The translations under genes were made by a program, and so were the position numbers. A DNA stretch of 64,000 nucleotides from Penicillus capitatus (lineage: Eukaryota > Plantae > Chlorophyta), in contig OZ287703.1 of assembly GCA_965649825.1 (NCBI GenBank), forward strand, positions 524,113 through 588,112. The letters run 5' to 3'. Under the pieces are notes generated by a model, which was not told the DNA's origin, did no database searches, and was given only the letters and a program-made list of their open reading frames with translations. Of this stretch, positions 48,070 to 64,000 are shown piece after piece (within the stretch, counting starts at the first letter, position 1; every line of letters begins with the position of its first letter).

Positions 48070-49387
48070 ATGGCGTCGGTGCGTCCCATACGCGAAGCAC
48101 AACTGACTCTCATCAACGAGATTCTGAACAACACACAGAAATACAACGTCGGCTACACACCACAAGCCAAAATCATTATTGAACTGCATCTGCAACAAGT
48201 CCTCACGGTAGGTCACGTCAAGACATTCACTCGCAGAACCTCACTCTTTCTCGCAGTGTTACCAGTCGCTGTCAGCAGTGTACGAGAACTACACCTACAA
48301 CGATGGCAGAACAGTAGGAATGATAAAATTGACAGGAACCGTACCTATATATTTTTCCAATGTCAAGTACAACATTCCTATGACGCTTTGGATTTCTGAG
48401 CGCTATCCAAACCAACCACCCTTCGCCTATGTTACACCGCTGGACAATATGATCATCAAGGAGAACCATAGTTATGTGGATCCGACGGGAATGGTTCGGA
48501 CACCGTACTTTCTTCACTGGCATCCAGAAAGGTGTGATTTGGTGGGAATGGTCGAGGAGATGACACAGATCTTTGGTAATGAGCCACCGCTGTTTGCCAG
48601 ACCCCCTCGTTCTGCTCCATCCTATTCTCAGCCATCGCCAACTCCGATCTATCATCCTCCGGTACTGTCGTCTGGCGGACAAGAATATCCAACTGGATCG
48701 ACATCGCGACCCGATGTGGTGATGCAGACAGACAATGGCCAGGGAGAGAGGTTTACAGTTCCCCATCCCCCGCAACAGAAGACGTGGACAGGACAGGGTT
48801 CAGGAGATGCGGAAGCAGCGAAGCAGCAGTTTCGTAAGACCGTGGTGACGGTATTAAAGGACAGACTGTTGACATCCATTCGAGCCTTGGAACAGAACAC
48901 GGGGCCAAAGAGCGCACAGATGGAAGAAGCGTATCAAATACTCATGACAAGAGCTCAAGAGATCCAACAAGGCATTGGTCTGCTTCAAGAAGAGCGGCAG
49001 ACGTATGAACACAACGTTCGAATCATGGCGCTGATTGTCGGAGAGATGACGGAATGGAGTAACAAAATCCACATTCCTGAAGGCTCTTCCGTTCAAGAAG
49101 TCAGAGCGGAGGACGTGATCGTGCCACAAGATGCTGTGGCGGCTCAATTTCTGAAAGCACAAGCAGAAGATTTGGCGGCGGAAGATGTCCTGAATATACT
49201 GGACCAGATGCTGCAGAAGGAGGTCATCGATTTAGACAACTACTTAAAACAGGTCTGTGCCTTTTGGTAAAGCCACGACATCTGCATGCATCTGACCACG
49301 GATGTGTAGATTCGCAAGGTTTGTCGCATTCAGTACTTTGCACGTGCGCTGTCGATGAAGATTGGATATCACACACGACCACAATGA
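48070..49387 (+). CDS. VPS23: ESCRT-I subunit Vps23/TSG101/ELC
   Basis: UEV domain (YTYNDGR...LTGTVPI...YNIPMTLWI...PPFAYVTP...HSYVDPTG), a Pro-rich linker, a coiled coil and a steadiness box (AEDLAAEDVLNILD...LDNYLKQ|IRK...QYFARA). Confidence 0.93.
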
Positions 49388-49504
49388 TCGATCGTGGGAG
49401 TGACCATTGTTGTAACTCAACACTTGTGACCACGTGTGCAGATAAAGCTTCTCGTTGAAACATTAAACAACGTGGTGTAAGTAAGAGAGTCCGAGATGCA
49501 GTGG

Positions 49505-51159
<1,655 letters not shown>

Positions 51160-52193
51160 TCCGTTGAAGAAACGCAAAGCGTGGAGTGTCTGGCTGACGC
51201 CTTGAAGCAGTTGAAGGGCACACTGTACGACGACAGTTGTGCGGACTCGGTGAGTGAAGCCCACAGCTTACAGAGGCAGATCTCGTTGGATACGAGGCGG
51301 AGCTGTTGAAGGCATCTCTGAGTTGTGTGCACAGATCTGTGTCGAACTAGTGGAGCATCGTGGCCGCGGCAGATTATGCATTGTGTCTCCACTCATGGTG
51401 TATCCAATCGTTCGAAAGGACGATTTCCGAAGAGTGGCGTAGCGTGATTTGTTGGTTAGCGGGTGATTCAAACGTGAAACGATTGCAAGAAGGATAGGTC
51501 GTCGATGCGCGTCAAGCACCGTTAAGAGTGTGATGTGTGATGGCGGATGTGCGAACAATATGGTACTTTCGGAGAATGCCCTGTTGCTTTGAACGAGGAT
51601 CGTTGTGTGATTCAACGCGTAAAGGATGAGGCGTGTGGCTGAAATGGACAACGGATCGGATCGGACAAATAAACGCCCAGAACATATGTTGCCACCCTAG
51701 CAATGCGAATGCGTTTTGTGCTCTGGCTTAAACAATGTGTCAGACATGACTTCGATGGTTGAAGTTGCCCAAAATATAGGGAGCCAAGGGAGTCTGTTTA
51801 CATTCCTGCACAAATCACTTCAAAGCGTTTTGTTCACATATCATGATTGTTTCTCGCAGGATGTATTGCTTTTCTTTTTTTTTTCAAAGTCGAATGCCAG
51901 AAGCATCTGAAAACGTTTTGTATTCACAGCGATGACAGAAATCCAGAAAGCTCGTATTATCATTTCAAAAACATCAAAGACATTGGCCGGCTCGCTCGAT
52001 TCCAAAGACTAGGCCAGTTTTTAGAGGCCAAATAAACAGAAGACGTAGAAAATAGACATCAGAAACAGTCACGCTTTGGTCTGAATAGTCTCCATTGGAC
52101 TGCGGCAGTTTAATCAAATAGACACAAGACATTTGAGTATGCACAATGCTTGCTCCTCTTGGCTCCTTGTTGCATAAGAAAGAATGAGATTCT

Positions 52194-55100
52194 TCAAAGA
52201 TGTCCTGTAATGATAGCCGAAGCTACCATATCTCCAATCACTTTTCCGAATTTTGAGGCCAAAGCATCCGTTGCTGACGAACTGGCTGCAATGTTAACGA
52301 AAGCGGTCGATAGATCCACTCCCGTCATCGCTCTGTGATACTTTCCACCAACGATGGAAGCCATATCCTGAAAAGCACGAACGCCTCGGCCATTGAACAG
52401 TGAAGCTGCTGATAGTGCCGTTACCTTTAGAAGGTCATGTCGTGCAAGAGGTCCAAATCCGATTGTGTGGACGTTCATTGGGCCATAGCTGTTATAGATT
52501 TGTTCCATTCTACCAGGTATCCGTCTTTTACCGTCACCAGATGCTCCATCCGACATAAAGATGAAGACAGGAATCTCGTGCCTCTGTCGATAGGACAGGA
52601 CTTCTTCGGCAGCGTCCAGTGCAGGATGAAACTTTGTACCCCACTTCGGAATTGAAGACAGTCGCACATTCCCAGTCAACGGTTCTCTGATGCATGTTGT
52701 GTAGGCGTGATCATCAAACTCAATAAGGGTGATGACGTCTCTCTTTGACTGATCTTCTATTCGCTTATCTAGGAATTGCTGCAAGGCTTCCTTCAGATCT
52801 CTCCATCGTCCACCTTTCATGGACTTTGATTTGTCCAGACAAAACACAAAGTGGTAATGAAGTTGCGCATTATCCTGTCAAACAACTTTGTGAGAAACTG
52901 AGAGCGCAGGTCACGACGAACATACCGATGCATCGCCGAAGACGTCTTTGGAAATCAAATCAAATCGCCCATCTCTGTTGTAGTGTCTGGCAAAGCAACC
53001 GATCATTCTGTCCGTGTCAGGTGTGATTCTGCAGAAGAGGAGATGAATATCCTGTTCCATTAAATCCGCCATGAGACTTTCTGCTGTGATATGAGGATGA
53101 CCTTGAGGGTACCTATTGCAGAACCAGCATCAGCATTGGAAGTTTAGTGAATAGCTAGTCAGCTGGTCGAACCTGTCATCACTGCACGTGTTGAGTTCAT
53201 GTCCATGGCCAGGGGCATCGCCAATAAGCACACAGAATCGCACTTGGCTTTGCCAATCTTCCATCAGTGCAACAGCGTTCAGCGCTCCGAGCACATTTTC
53301 AGGCGTATCTGATCCGCCATATGCCGTCAGAGACGAAAGGAAAAGAGAAAGCCGCAGAGGATCTGAAGAGAATGGATGGATCTTTAGACGATTAACGTCT
53401 CCATAATCTCTGTAGGCCACCATGGCGAAACGGAACTCCAGTTCCAGATTTGTATATTCTTCTTTGAGTTTCTCGGAAACCATCGTCGCAATGCCCTGCA
53501 AAAATTAGAAGTGTATCATGTTCAATGCCGTCAGTCACCTAATCTGCTCTTACCTTAATCTGCTGTTTGGCAGCGTTTAGCCAGAACGACATAGAACCGG
53601 TGCAGTCCAGGGCAAAACAGATATCCACTGTTATGGCAGATGGCCTGTTGCCTCTTGTAAGCCGAGCTTCTCTTTCTGACTCCATCAACTGCAGTAAATC
53701 TGGAAAGACACCCTCTCTGTTCACCAGAACTTCTTCGAACGTATTCGCCGCTCCTTCTGGAACCAGCCCGACACTGAGCCAGTCGATGGTATCTTTCTGG
53801 TAAGTTCTCTGCATCCTTGCTGCATTCTCCATTCTATCTGTCAATGTCTCTAAGGCGTTTGGCACCAGTTGAGGCAACGCAGCCGTAATCCACTTGGGAT
53901 AACATTTTTTGATGAAGAACTCTTCTGGGCCAACACCCAATGCTGTCACATCCATTCCTGATTCGTCAAGTTCTTTCAATACTGCTGCCAGGCGAATGCC
54001 AGAACTTCCATACCCGTCTGTCACCACAAATATCTTCTTTGGTCCACGGACGCAGCTCTGATCAAGCATTTTCCCTGCAAAGAGCAGAGCATCTGCATCC
54101 ATACTGGAGAGCTCGTTTCGTTGCAGGACTGCAGAGAAGAGCAAGGCCATCGAAGGTGCTTCCCAGACATCGTCTGGCAGTTTGATCGGATAGATCCCAC
54201 CACCGAACAGAATGACTGAGAAGTCCTCGATGTTCATCTGCTTCAGAGCACTGATCAGCATCACAACTGTTTGCAGTGCACATGAACGCTTCCTACCCTG
54301 CGCCATCGACGCAGAGATGTCCAGCAGGACAGCCACAGAGTACTCGGACTTCCCTCCTCCTTTCTTGTTCGCGAAGATTTTCTTCTCGTTGCCTTTAGTG
54401 GCAATGTGCTTGATGAATCCAGGCAGATGGATGGATGGACCCTTGATGTCGGCCCTCTTTCTTGTAAAGCGATTCTGTGGGAGAAAGCCATCCAGTGCTT
54501 CCACCATGTGATCAATCTCTGCACTGAATCTCTCTGAAGCGTTGAGCCATGTGTCTTCAGTCGCTCGTAGCTGATCCCTCTTCTCTGTCTGTGTTTGCAA
54601 ACCTTGGATCTCGCCGTACAGATCTTCGTCCAAAACACTGTCCAGAGTCACATTCACGTGTTCCAAGGCAGCCGTTTCTGTTCCGAAAGGAATTCCGTCG
54701 GATGAGAATCCACAGTCAAAGAAACTTTCCTTCGGATAGCTTCCTGGCAAAGGCGGAAATGGTTGTTTTTCTAATTCTTTCAGGAGTATTCCTTCATCAA
54801 CATGCAGATTGGATCCAGAGAGGTCTGTTGCTTTCGGAGGATCCTGTTGGATAGTCGACAGCTGATTCCTGTTCTTCTCAATCTTCGAAAGCGTGTTCTC
54901 CATGTACTGAATCATGAGTCCAGCCACCAGCTTCGGCAGCAGATTGATGGATTCTATGTCCAGCACTTCATAGCAAGATGCAGCTTCACGCCACAAGTCT
55001 TCAATCTGGCTCATCATCTCTTTCTGCGCTCTGTCTTTCAGATTCAGGACAACAAGATCGATGTCTTTATCGTTGCAGACAGAAGTGTAATCCCGCGGAG

Positions 55101-58100
55101 ATCTTTCTTGCGTCAGTCCATCCATGATCAGAAGCATCACTCGGTGGTACTGCAGTCTCTCCTTGTCAGACAGTCGCTCCGGCCAAACCTTCTCAGCCAC
55201 ATGCCTCACAGCTGAAGCTGGATAGGTGCCTTCGTCAAAAGAGAATGACTCCAGTATCTTCTGCCCAATAAGCTGAGTGAAAGGTTCGTTCATCATCTTT
55301 AGCATCTTTTGAGACTTTCGGTTTCCGAAACGAGCTACAGCAAACGACTGCTCCAGTCGCTTCAGTGTCTCCATCAAGAGAACAAGGGCCTCTGTCATCC
55401 GGTTCTCTTTCGTGATCATCGATCCTGAATTGTCAACCAGAATGCACCACTCAATCCTGTGTTGCTCAGCCGTCAAACGGTAGAATTTCTCAAAGTGCGC
55501 TTCCCATCGGCGCATGACCTCCACCAGGAAAAGCACAAACGGTCGGCTTTCGACAAGCAAAGAATACGTCCATTTGTCATGACGGACAGGGTCGACCGAG
55601 AGTGGATCCTTCAGTTCTATCTTATCAACATCTGCGTTGATAACATCCGTCCCTTTGTAGATACTAGCCAGGTCCTGTTTGGCAACTTGCTGTCGGCTCA
55701 TCTTCACTTGGCGATTGAAATCTGTTCGTATGCTTAACATGCTCTTGTCTTCAGGCGCAGCGTCAAAAACTTCGTACTCTTGAGCCAGATTTCCAGCATT
55801 GTTACGCCTATCGCCAAATCCTCTTTTGTGTTCACTTGATGGAGCATTCATCGCTGTCAGCTTGGACAGATCAATGTCATCACAGTCCATGAGATCATCT
55901 TCGTCTGTCGAGGATGACGCGTCATTATCTCGTGTTCTCCTATTCGCCTTCCATGCCGCAGTATTACCACAATCGTCCGGAAGAGTGATCTGCTGATTCA
56001 GGATTCCTCGCTGCGTTCTTCCAGATGTCGGCTCTGCTGCACGTGAAGCAGCTGCATCCTTCAATCTCTTAATCAGATCTGCATTGGCATCATCGTTCAT
56101 CGCTGTTGGGTTCACATTCACGCCCTCGAACGCAGTGTAAGATCTAGAGCTTGGTTCTCCAGAACTGCTACCGTAGCAAGCAGTGTCTTCCCTTCGAGAT
56201 TGAGTTGTGTGCTTCTTCATTGACGGCATCGGAAAATCTTCTGTCGTGCTGCTGCGCACAATGGTCGTCATTGCAAGTTCATCAAAGATCTTCCTGAACT
56301 CCCGCGACAGATTATTTCTGGGAATCGCATTCAGGTTCTGTATCATGCTGTGATGGATCTCTTTCAAGAATTCAGGCATCTCAAACAAACTGCAGCGCTC
56401 CAGGTATTGCTCACAGAATCGCAGCAAATAGACAATCGAAAGGCCTGTGCAGACGACACGACTTTCGGCTGTCTTTTCATCCCCGTACTTCAAACTGCGA
56501 CAGCGACGTACAGATTCCTCAAAAACCTCTATCCAGTTTCCTGCTGTGTCCTTCAAATTTGCGAAACACTCAACGATGGAAGGAAAATCCATTCCATTCA
56601 ACGAAACGTTTTGGACGGTCTCATGATCTGTGAGATGCTTGACCGAAGAATAGACATTTGCGATCATGCCTTCTATTTTGTCAAGCTGATCTCTGCACTT
56701 TATCCAGCCATCCATTTTGTGAAGCAGATCTCTGCACTTCATCCAGCCATCCATCGTAGCATCACCCAATCCTCTGACAAAACGCTGACCTTCTGAAGTG
56801 TCTGGTAGATCGACAGAGTCGTTTTCTTTGGGGGTAACAAGCTGCTCATCCGGTACTGCGAATGCATCCAAAAACCAATGCCATTGGTCTTCACTTTCTC
56901 CGACTGCAATCTCGTTTTCTGGATTTGCTGTTGTGGCAACATTGTCTTCTTCTATCTCAGCACACGTCATTTCTTCTTCGTCACTCTCCTTTTCTGAGAA
57001 CGAAATCTCTGGAAGAACAGCAGGAACCAGTTTCAGACCACTGTCGTCTTTGTCAGAGGACCAATCGTATGCCTCCGAGTAGTCATTGCTGTAGAAGTCA
57101 AACAGAGAGAGGAGCAGAACCATCTTGCTAATGCAGACGCCCTCAAAGGTCAAATCGGCAGTATGAGATGCTGCAACAAGGCCAAACAATACACTCAATG
57201 CAACGCGGCTCCCCTTTCTTTCTTCCCAGCAATCGAAAGTATCCAATGCCTCGATGAGGTCCTTGACATTCAGAAGACCTTCGATGGATTCCAGTTCCTC
57301 TTCGTCCATGGATGTTACTGAGTTTTTCGCCAGGATAAGCTGTTTCAGTTTAGGCAGCATCTCTAGATCGGAGCGATTACACAGTCTTTCCATATTGTCG
57401 ATGAGATCCGCATCAATATCCAAGACTTCATCCACGTCTGGGTTGACCAGGTCATCAAGTATCTCATAGCAGCCGTCTGGCAACATGGCCATCAACGCTA
57501 CACGTTCCAAGTCCTGACCATTGCTTTCAGCCTGGTCAATAACTCCGAGAGCCTCTGCTAACGGTTCCGAAGACAGTCTCTCAGCAATGGTCTGACAGAG
57601 GCTAAGAACGCTATCTTTTGAGAAATCGACCACCAGAGAAGAGAGCCCTGACAAAACTTCTCGTGTCGATGCAGTGTGGTCACCATTTAAGACGGATTTA
57701 AATCCAATTACTCTGCGAATCAGATCCAGAGGGAAGGTCTCAGGCGTGATGGATGGAAGATCCAGTTCGTGCAACGCTTGACAGAGCAGATAGTTCAGCT
57801 GGTCCAAGTCCATCTTACCGGACATTGATCGGTCAGAGCTATTCCGTGGTTTCATCTTCTTTATGGATTCGATCAATGGCTCCACCAGTGCATCCACATG
57901 TTCATCGGCAGGATTAAGGTTTGTCCACAACACCATCTGGCGCTTCACTGAATTTCTCTTTGTGTGATCATTTATCCACTTCAATGCCGCGTCAATGATA
58001 TGCTCATTTCCCGCATGAAGTGCAGGACAGGTTTCACGGGATATCTTGAGAAAGGTATCCTTCATGGATAGGACGGACGGTCCGTATCTGAAGTCGAAGT

Positions 58101-61100
58101 GCTGCAGAGAAGAGTACAACGCTTCGACCACCAGCGTTCTCACAATATGATCTCTACTTCCGTCACTGTTGTGAACCAGCAGAGAGCACAGTGACAAGTC
58201 CATAGATGTCAGCCTCGGCTTCAGGAACATCCCCAAGTTCTTCTTTGTCTCCGTCCAGACGTCCGCATCAGATATGGCATGTCGAGCAGTCAACAAATCG
58301 AGATTGGAGATTTCGAAAATGTCCGTCAGGAGACGATCCTCTCGAAATGTAGGTTCCGTCTGTTGCATGAGTCGACAGAACCCAATGAAAAGCTCAGTCG
58401 GTTCACCAGAGCACAGGTATGTCATTGCACTTCGACTGTTTGAGGTTGCCAAGCTCATCAGCAAACCAATAGAGTTCTGCCCGTCTGATGACAGAGCCTG
58501 GAGAATAAATTCTCTATTCTGGAGCTTCTCTGGCAATAGGTTCACAAGAGCATGATCGAGACTGTGGTCTTCTTCCGTTTGATGGACAGCCTTTATGATG
58601 CAGTCGACCAGTCCGCAGCTAAGATCGTCTTCATTGCCAGAGAGCAACAGATCTCGAAGAAAAGTGAGATTTTCAGCAAGGGACATTCTTCGCTGACCAA
58701 GAGATTCTGCAACTGCCTGACAGGCATCATCAAACACTGCAGCCGCCATCGTGTCGCATAATCTGCTCTGCATGCACGCAACAGCAGCTCGCCATCTCTT
58801 CTCCTCCGAGCAAGTGGCATGCAGCAACATGTACAGTGCCTGGGCAGTGTGACGGAAATCATCTGATTTGTTAGGGATGGCTGCGGCCGGAATGAAAATG
58901 TCTGTCATGGCTTCATGACCTCTCTCTTCATAGAGAGCTTTCAATCGATTGAAGTACTCTTGGAGAGACTCAGAGTGTCTGGATGATCCACTCGATGCCC
59001 GGTGCATCGTATCCATCACATGCTGGACACAAAGCGCCACTGCCTCTTCTGGAGTACCGTCAAGCATCTCGATTGCTTTGTCTTCAGGAAGACACCAATC
59101 TGACTGGAAGATTCCCATCTCACATGTCATCAGCATAAGAAACGCCTGCACTGTCGTTTCCTCTTTCAGTGTTCGCAGAATGTTCAGATCTGGCAGGCTG
59201 AACTTAACATCGAAGGCTTTGTCTCTTTTTTTGCCTGATTTGCCAATTAACTGCATTGTCTGATCAAGGGCATTTGGCTTCTCGGAAACAAATGCTAAAA
59301 GTGTCAATTTGTGCTGCATCATTGCGCAGCGATTGAGATCTTGATGAAGATGGATAAACTGATCTGACTCAATGCTGATATCTTCCACAATCCACCCAGG
59401 TGTCTCGCTCGCTTTGAGGCAGATCTGCAAATGTGGATGTTCACTGCGGGGTGCGAAGCAAGAAGGCATGTCTTCCGAACCAAAACTCCATGACTTTGGA
59501 TTCGAGCTTTTAACCCAAGGAGCTTTTTCTTTCAGTATCAGGGATTCGATAGAGTCAGATTCCAAACCTTCATTCTTCACGGCAAAGGAAGCACCCAACG
59601 GAATCTTAAGGTCAAATGCCTTCTCCTCTCTAGGTGCAATACATTGGATGGGGGACCAGCACAACGGCCGAACACCAAAGCTGCTGTTTTTCCAGCTAAG
59701 ACATACAGCAAATGCACATTCACTGCCACTGTCCGTCAGAAAAGTGATTTGGTGTTCCTTTTTCGATAGCTGTGTCACTGTCCATGTCATTTCCACCTCT
59801 GCGTTCCTGTCTTGTCCGACTGTGTAACATGTTTTGTCGAATGTCAGACAGTCACTCTTGGGAGGATAGACCGTCACATCCATGTCTTCTTTCAAAGACA
59901 GCGCGTTTTGCACTGTGACAACCAAAGACTTTTCGCCATCGCTCTTCACCATCTTTACGAGATCTTCTTGCGGAATCTCGAATTCGACAAGTTTATTGTC
60001 GAACTTCGGCAGAGGATCGATCCATTTTGCATGAATGACCAGTGGAACTTCCTTCTGGCAGCCTTTCACAGAGATGTTCGTGATATGATGAGATGCACCA
60101 ATCTCTCCCTCGCCCTTGACGGACACCTTCAACAAGTTTTCCTTCCCAACTGGCACGATTCCAGATTGCGGTGTGATTTTTGGAGAAGGTGAATCTGATG
60201 TGACTGAAAAACGGACAGGCACATTGCCATTGTTTTTCAATTTGACGTAGCCGGTTGTCGTTTGGCCTTTTCTGACAGTGGGCAGTGTGAAATTCCCGCC
60301 AATGTTTCTATCATACTTGTTCAATAGCTCAAATTTCGGTTGGCTGATTTTTGCTTTTAGTCTCAAATTCCTGAAATTCTGTACCGTTCCGATCACTGCC
60401 TCACAGTCGACGGTCTCGTCTTGGGCACCAGGCTTTATAAGGACCTCGATGGACTCTGTTTTCCTCGGATGCAGCACAAATGACGGCGGAGAGATAGAAA
60501 TCGCCGACTGTGTTTCATCAAGCTGAATTTGACTCTTGACAAGAAGCGGCAGATCTGTCACGTTCTTCACAAGCACACGGCGTCTCTCTTCTTCAGAATT
60601 CGTTATAAGAGTTCCGAAATCGACCTCCTGTGAACTGATCAGCACGGCAAGTCTCTGGATATCAGCACTCAGTTCAAAGCAGGCCTTCAGTCCTCTGTCA
60701 TCAGATTCGATACACCAAGATTCGGAGATCCTCCCAACCGCCTGATCGCTGACGCTGAATGTGAAACGGTGTGAGGATTTTCCGTAAAGGCGAACTCTGC
60801 TTGGAGAAAGGACCGAGAAAACGTGCGAGGAAGGGTCAGATGGACGGACAGAGACGAGCATGGTCGAGTCAGTGCGGTTCACCACTTCCATAGAATGCAG
60901 TTGTGCATTGAGCTTTGATCTCTGATCGTCCGCAACATGCAGCAAAGTGCCAAAATCGATCACACTCTGTGCATCTGCCAATGCGTAGCCAACACCAGTC
61001 TGGATGACAGTGAGCTTTAAAGCGTGGCGGAGACTGGTTCCTGATAGGAGAATAGCTTCTTGCTGTATCAGATGATCCAACTGCTTTCTCCTTTCTTCAA

Positions 61101-63999
61101 GCTTGCTGCAGAAGGACAGCCATTTTTCTCTGTCATTCGCCAGCGACATGACAGAAAGATACTGCCTCTCCGTTTGAAGTATAATGGATTGCTGATCCTG
61201 TTGGGACGAAGAGCTCTCTTGCAGTGAGGCAGTCCAATCTCGACAGGCTTCTTTAAGCTTGTCGGAATCTTTGGCCGAGGACAGAGAAGCTCCTGACTGG
61301 CACAGTATCTGCATCCAGGCAACGAAGATTGAATGCATTCCAGCTGTCCCCAACTGAACAGCTTTTCCAACAAGCTGATGTGTTGATCGTACAGCATCTC
61401 GTAGTTCACATGTCCAGGTACAGGAAATATCTCCATCGAAGGTGAGAGAATTGGTAATCACCAAGCGTGCTTCATCAAAGATTGGACTCTGCGCCGTTTT
61501 CAAAGCCTGATTTATTGCCGGAATCAATTCTGCAGAGCACATCTTGCTCAACTCTATGCTATCAGCAACACGCGGAAGACAGTAGGCTGCACGCTGGAGG
61601 ACATTTGATATATCACGGATGGAAGAGTTCCAGTTCCGGAAGGCTTGGAAGTGAGGACTGTTCTTTATGCGATCACGTTCGTTTCTTGATGCTTCCAGAT
61701 CTGCTGTCGCTTGGATTTCTCGTTCTTGAGCCTTCGTCTCTTCACCATGAATCCTTTCCAGCTCTCTGTGCATATCGGTGATGTCTTTCAGCAGTTTGTC
61801 CAAACGAGAAGGAAGATTCTGAAGCTGATCAAGTCGCTGACTCGGACTGATGTTTTCGTCTTCCGGACTGAGAGCTTTCTCAACAATGCAGACATCCCGC
61901 TTGATGGCCTTGATGCCAAGATTGCATCCCTTGCGTTTAGACCGACGACCACGCTTCAGCTCAAAAGAGTTGAAGCTATACAGGTCTCTTAGTCGAAATC
62001 TTCTTTCACATGTCTCCCTATTATTCCACTTGAAGAACATCACAAGTCTAAAGGCTTCTTCATCCATAACACGGTAAAGTATAGGCACCACAGATTCGAT
62101 CTCTTCGGAATTATGGATGGTTACTACTGGCCCGAATCCTCCCTCGCATTTAATATCGACCTTGCTACCAGAAGAAGACCAAAAGCGATGCATTTTTAAG
62201 TACTCGATGTCAACACGGACTGTTCTCCATTTCAGACCATAATCATCCATTCTGACAAACCTGGGCACTGTTCCCTTGTTATGGAGCTCTTGCTGCTTGT
62301 GCATTATGGAGTGTAGTCGCGGTCCATAATATGGTATGCCCGTCTCTTCTTCCAAGTACCATTCTGGCTGTTGACCTTCGACGAAACTGGATTTTGTTGC
62401 CTTCCAGAAGAGTGAGTAAGTGTGATAGAGCTCCCGTGTTGCTTGGATAAGCGCAGTGCATAGACCCTCTTTACGAACCCACAGCTCGGACACCCTCGTC
62501 TGGCATCCTATCGATGCTTCTTGTCTCGCTCGTCTACGCTCGTCAAGAAACCGGTCGATATGATTATGGTACGATTCCTCGACTAAATCACTCTCTGTTG
62601 TCAAAGCATCTACTTCCTGAGTCACTTTCTCGAAGCTGGACATGGATTGCTCTGCAGCATTTGTCAATTCTTCTCGAATACCGTCGCACAGACGTTGAAA
62701 TACACAACAAGCATCAGCCATCGCGGACTTCGTTGATGTAGAAATCTCTTGCTCGTAGGAGAAGATCTTCGATGCAGGCGTCTTCATGATCTCATCGTGC
62801 ATCCTCAAGAATCGATCGTACTCTTCGACATGTTTTCTAGCAGTTTCGAATGTTTGATAGGATCTCCAGTTGCTAAGAAGCTTCTTCCTTCCCTCAGAAT
62901 GCAGCTGCGCAAGAGTGGAAGCAAAGACATGCAAGTACTCCACCTCCTCCGCAGTCCATTTAATCATTGTGAAGTCCAACTTCAGATCCTGCAGGTCCTT
63001 CCTGAGTGCAGATGGATCTTTGAAATCATCCAGCACCAGGAGATCGTCCAGATCGACCAGGAAGAAGCCACGATCTGCGAATCGCTGTGCCAATGACTTG
63101 ACAGTGCTATTCACCTGTGATTCTTGTAGCCATTGCATGCAACTGGAAGTCGCTTCATACCACCACAAATGGCATGCCTTGTTCAAGAATTCTGATAGAT
63201 AGGGACTTGCATGCTTCCTGGTTTCCATCATGGCGACAGTCAATTGATCCAACGCCTGGAACAGCGAGGAGAACTTTTCATGGATCTCTTGGATTGTCCA
63301 AGAGAGCAAAGGGCTCTGACATATGCCGGACACCCGATTGGCGACCCACCAGAGTGGTTGCACCTCGGCTTGCACAATGAACTCCTGTTTATGCGATTCA
63401 GCCGCTTTGTCCATCCCGTCGCAGAGATCCGAAACTCCTCGCCCAAAGAGATGCCCAGCATCAGAGACGGACTGATGCAGCGAAGACTGCTGAATGACAA
63501 AGCTGTCCATGATCCACAGGAGATGGAATGGATTGGCATTGCACTGCTCACTGGCTCCAGTGGTAATGGAGAAGCAGCAGCTTTTCCATTGACACCTGAG
63601 ATACTTCGTCGCTTCCTTGAGATGCTCCTCATCCATCGATTGTGCCATCAGGAGAAGCCCATCCTTTGCGCGTGCTTCCAGAGTTGGACAGAGCACATCT
63701 CTGTACCATGTCAGTGGATGCCGTGTATGGGCATAGGAGCAGCATGTGTGGACGGAGTGGAGGATGAGATTTCTGACATAAGAAAGAAGGTGCAGCTGGG
63801 AATGCGACTGATCTCTTTGATCCGAGTCTGTGCATTGTGTTTCCAACGACAGGAGTTCTTTAGCCAGTCTCTGTATCTTATCCTGATCATCGTGCTTGTC
63901 GAGACATGTCTCTCGGAGCTGCATCGACAGTATTTCCGCTTTTTTGGTAATATGCTTCAGTGTTGTCCAATCCGTGGTCGATTGAGGAGTTGCTGACAG
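52194..63999 (-). CDS. Giant multi-VWA protein, paralogue B (5'-partial, >=3,859 aa visible), colinear with paralogue A from about aa 1,440
   Basis: The frame is open to the window edge. Exons are 63999-53554, 53495-53173, 53112-52926, 52874-52425 and 52367-52194. MIDAS motifs are EWCILVDNSGS, VAVLLDISAS, DICFALDCTGS and VFCLDKSKS. It has the same Ig-like array and the same C-terminal tail. Confidence 0.88.
54081..54393 (-). repeat. Right arm of the ~94% identical inverted repeat (VWA2 core); partner at 13911-14223
   Basis: Direct manual alignment: 20 mismatches in 313 nt. Confidence 0.9.
56676..56753 (-). repeat. 39-bp in-frame tandem duplication in paralogue B
   Basis: Units 56676-56714 and 56715-56753 differ at 3 positions and encode MDGWMKCRDLLHK / MDGWIKCRDQLDK. 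Confidence 0.92.
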
Positions 64000-64000
64000 T

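Overview
Eukaryotic nuclear DNA from a gene-dense photosynthetic genome, most likely a chlorophyte green alga. It carries plastid-targeted NTRC, SEX4, HCF173, DUF760 and rhodanese genes, uses the standard genetic code, and has spliceosomal introns of about 43-62 nt. The ORF track fragments most genes, so I rebuilt exon structures by hand. The centre (16.8-51.2 kb) holds 20 compact genes, mostly in head-to-head pairs: NTRC, UBC27, COG6, SEX4, LSM6, ATG3, YABBY, OMA1, CobW, HCF173, PRL1, kinesin-5, an orphan, a rhodanese, an F-box/LRR, DUF760, CYP51, CPN10, VPS23 and a MYST HAT. Two convergent paralogues of a giant gene flank this block and both run off the window (>5,295 aa and >3,859 aa visible). 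They share the order helical/coiled-coil region, C2-like domain, ASH/PapD-like Ig array, helical region, acidic spacer, then four tandem MIDAS-bearing VWA domains, one of midasin type. I do not recognise this architecture as a described family, and it is the best candidate for a new system. The pair has >10-14 kb first exons, four identical 3' intron positions, and patchy DNA homogenisation limited to VWA1/VWA2. The second highlight is a complete YABBY gene (C2C2 zinc finger plus YABBY domain), hidden by introns, whose intron positions match angiosperm YABBY genes as I recall them. All family assignments come from motif recognition, not database searches.
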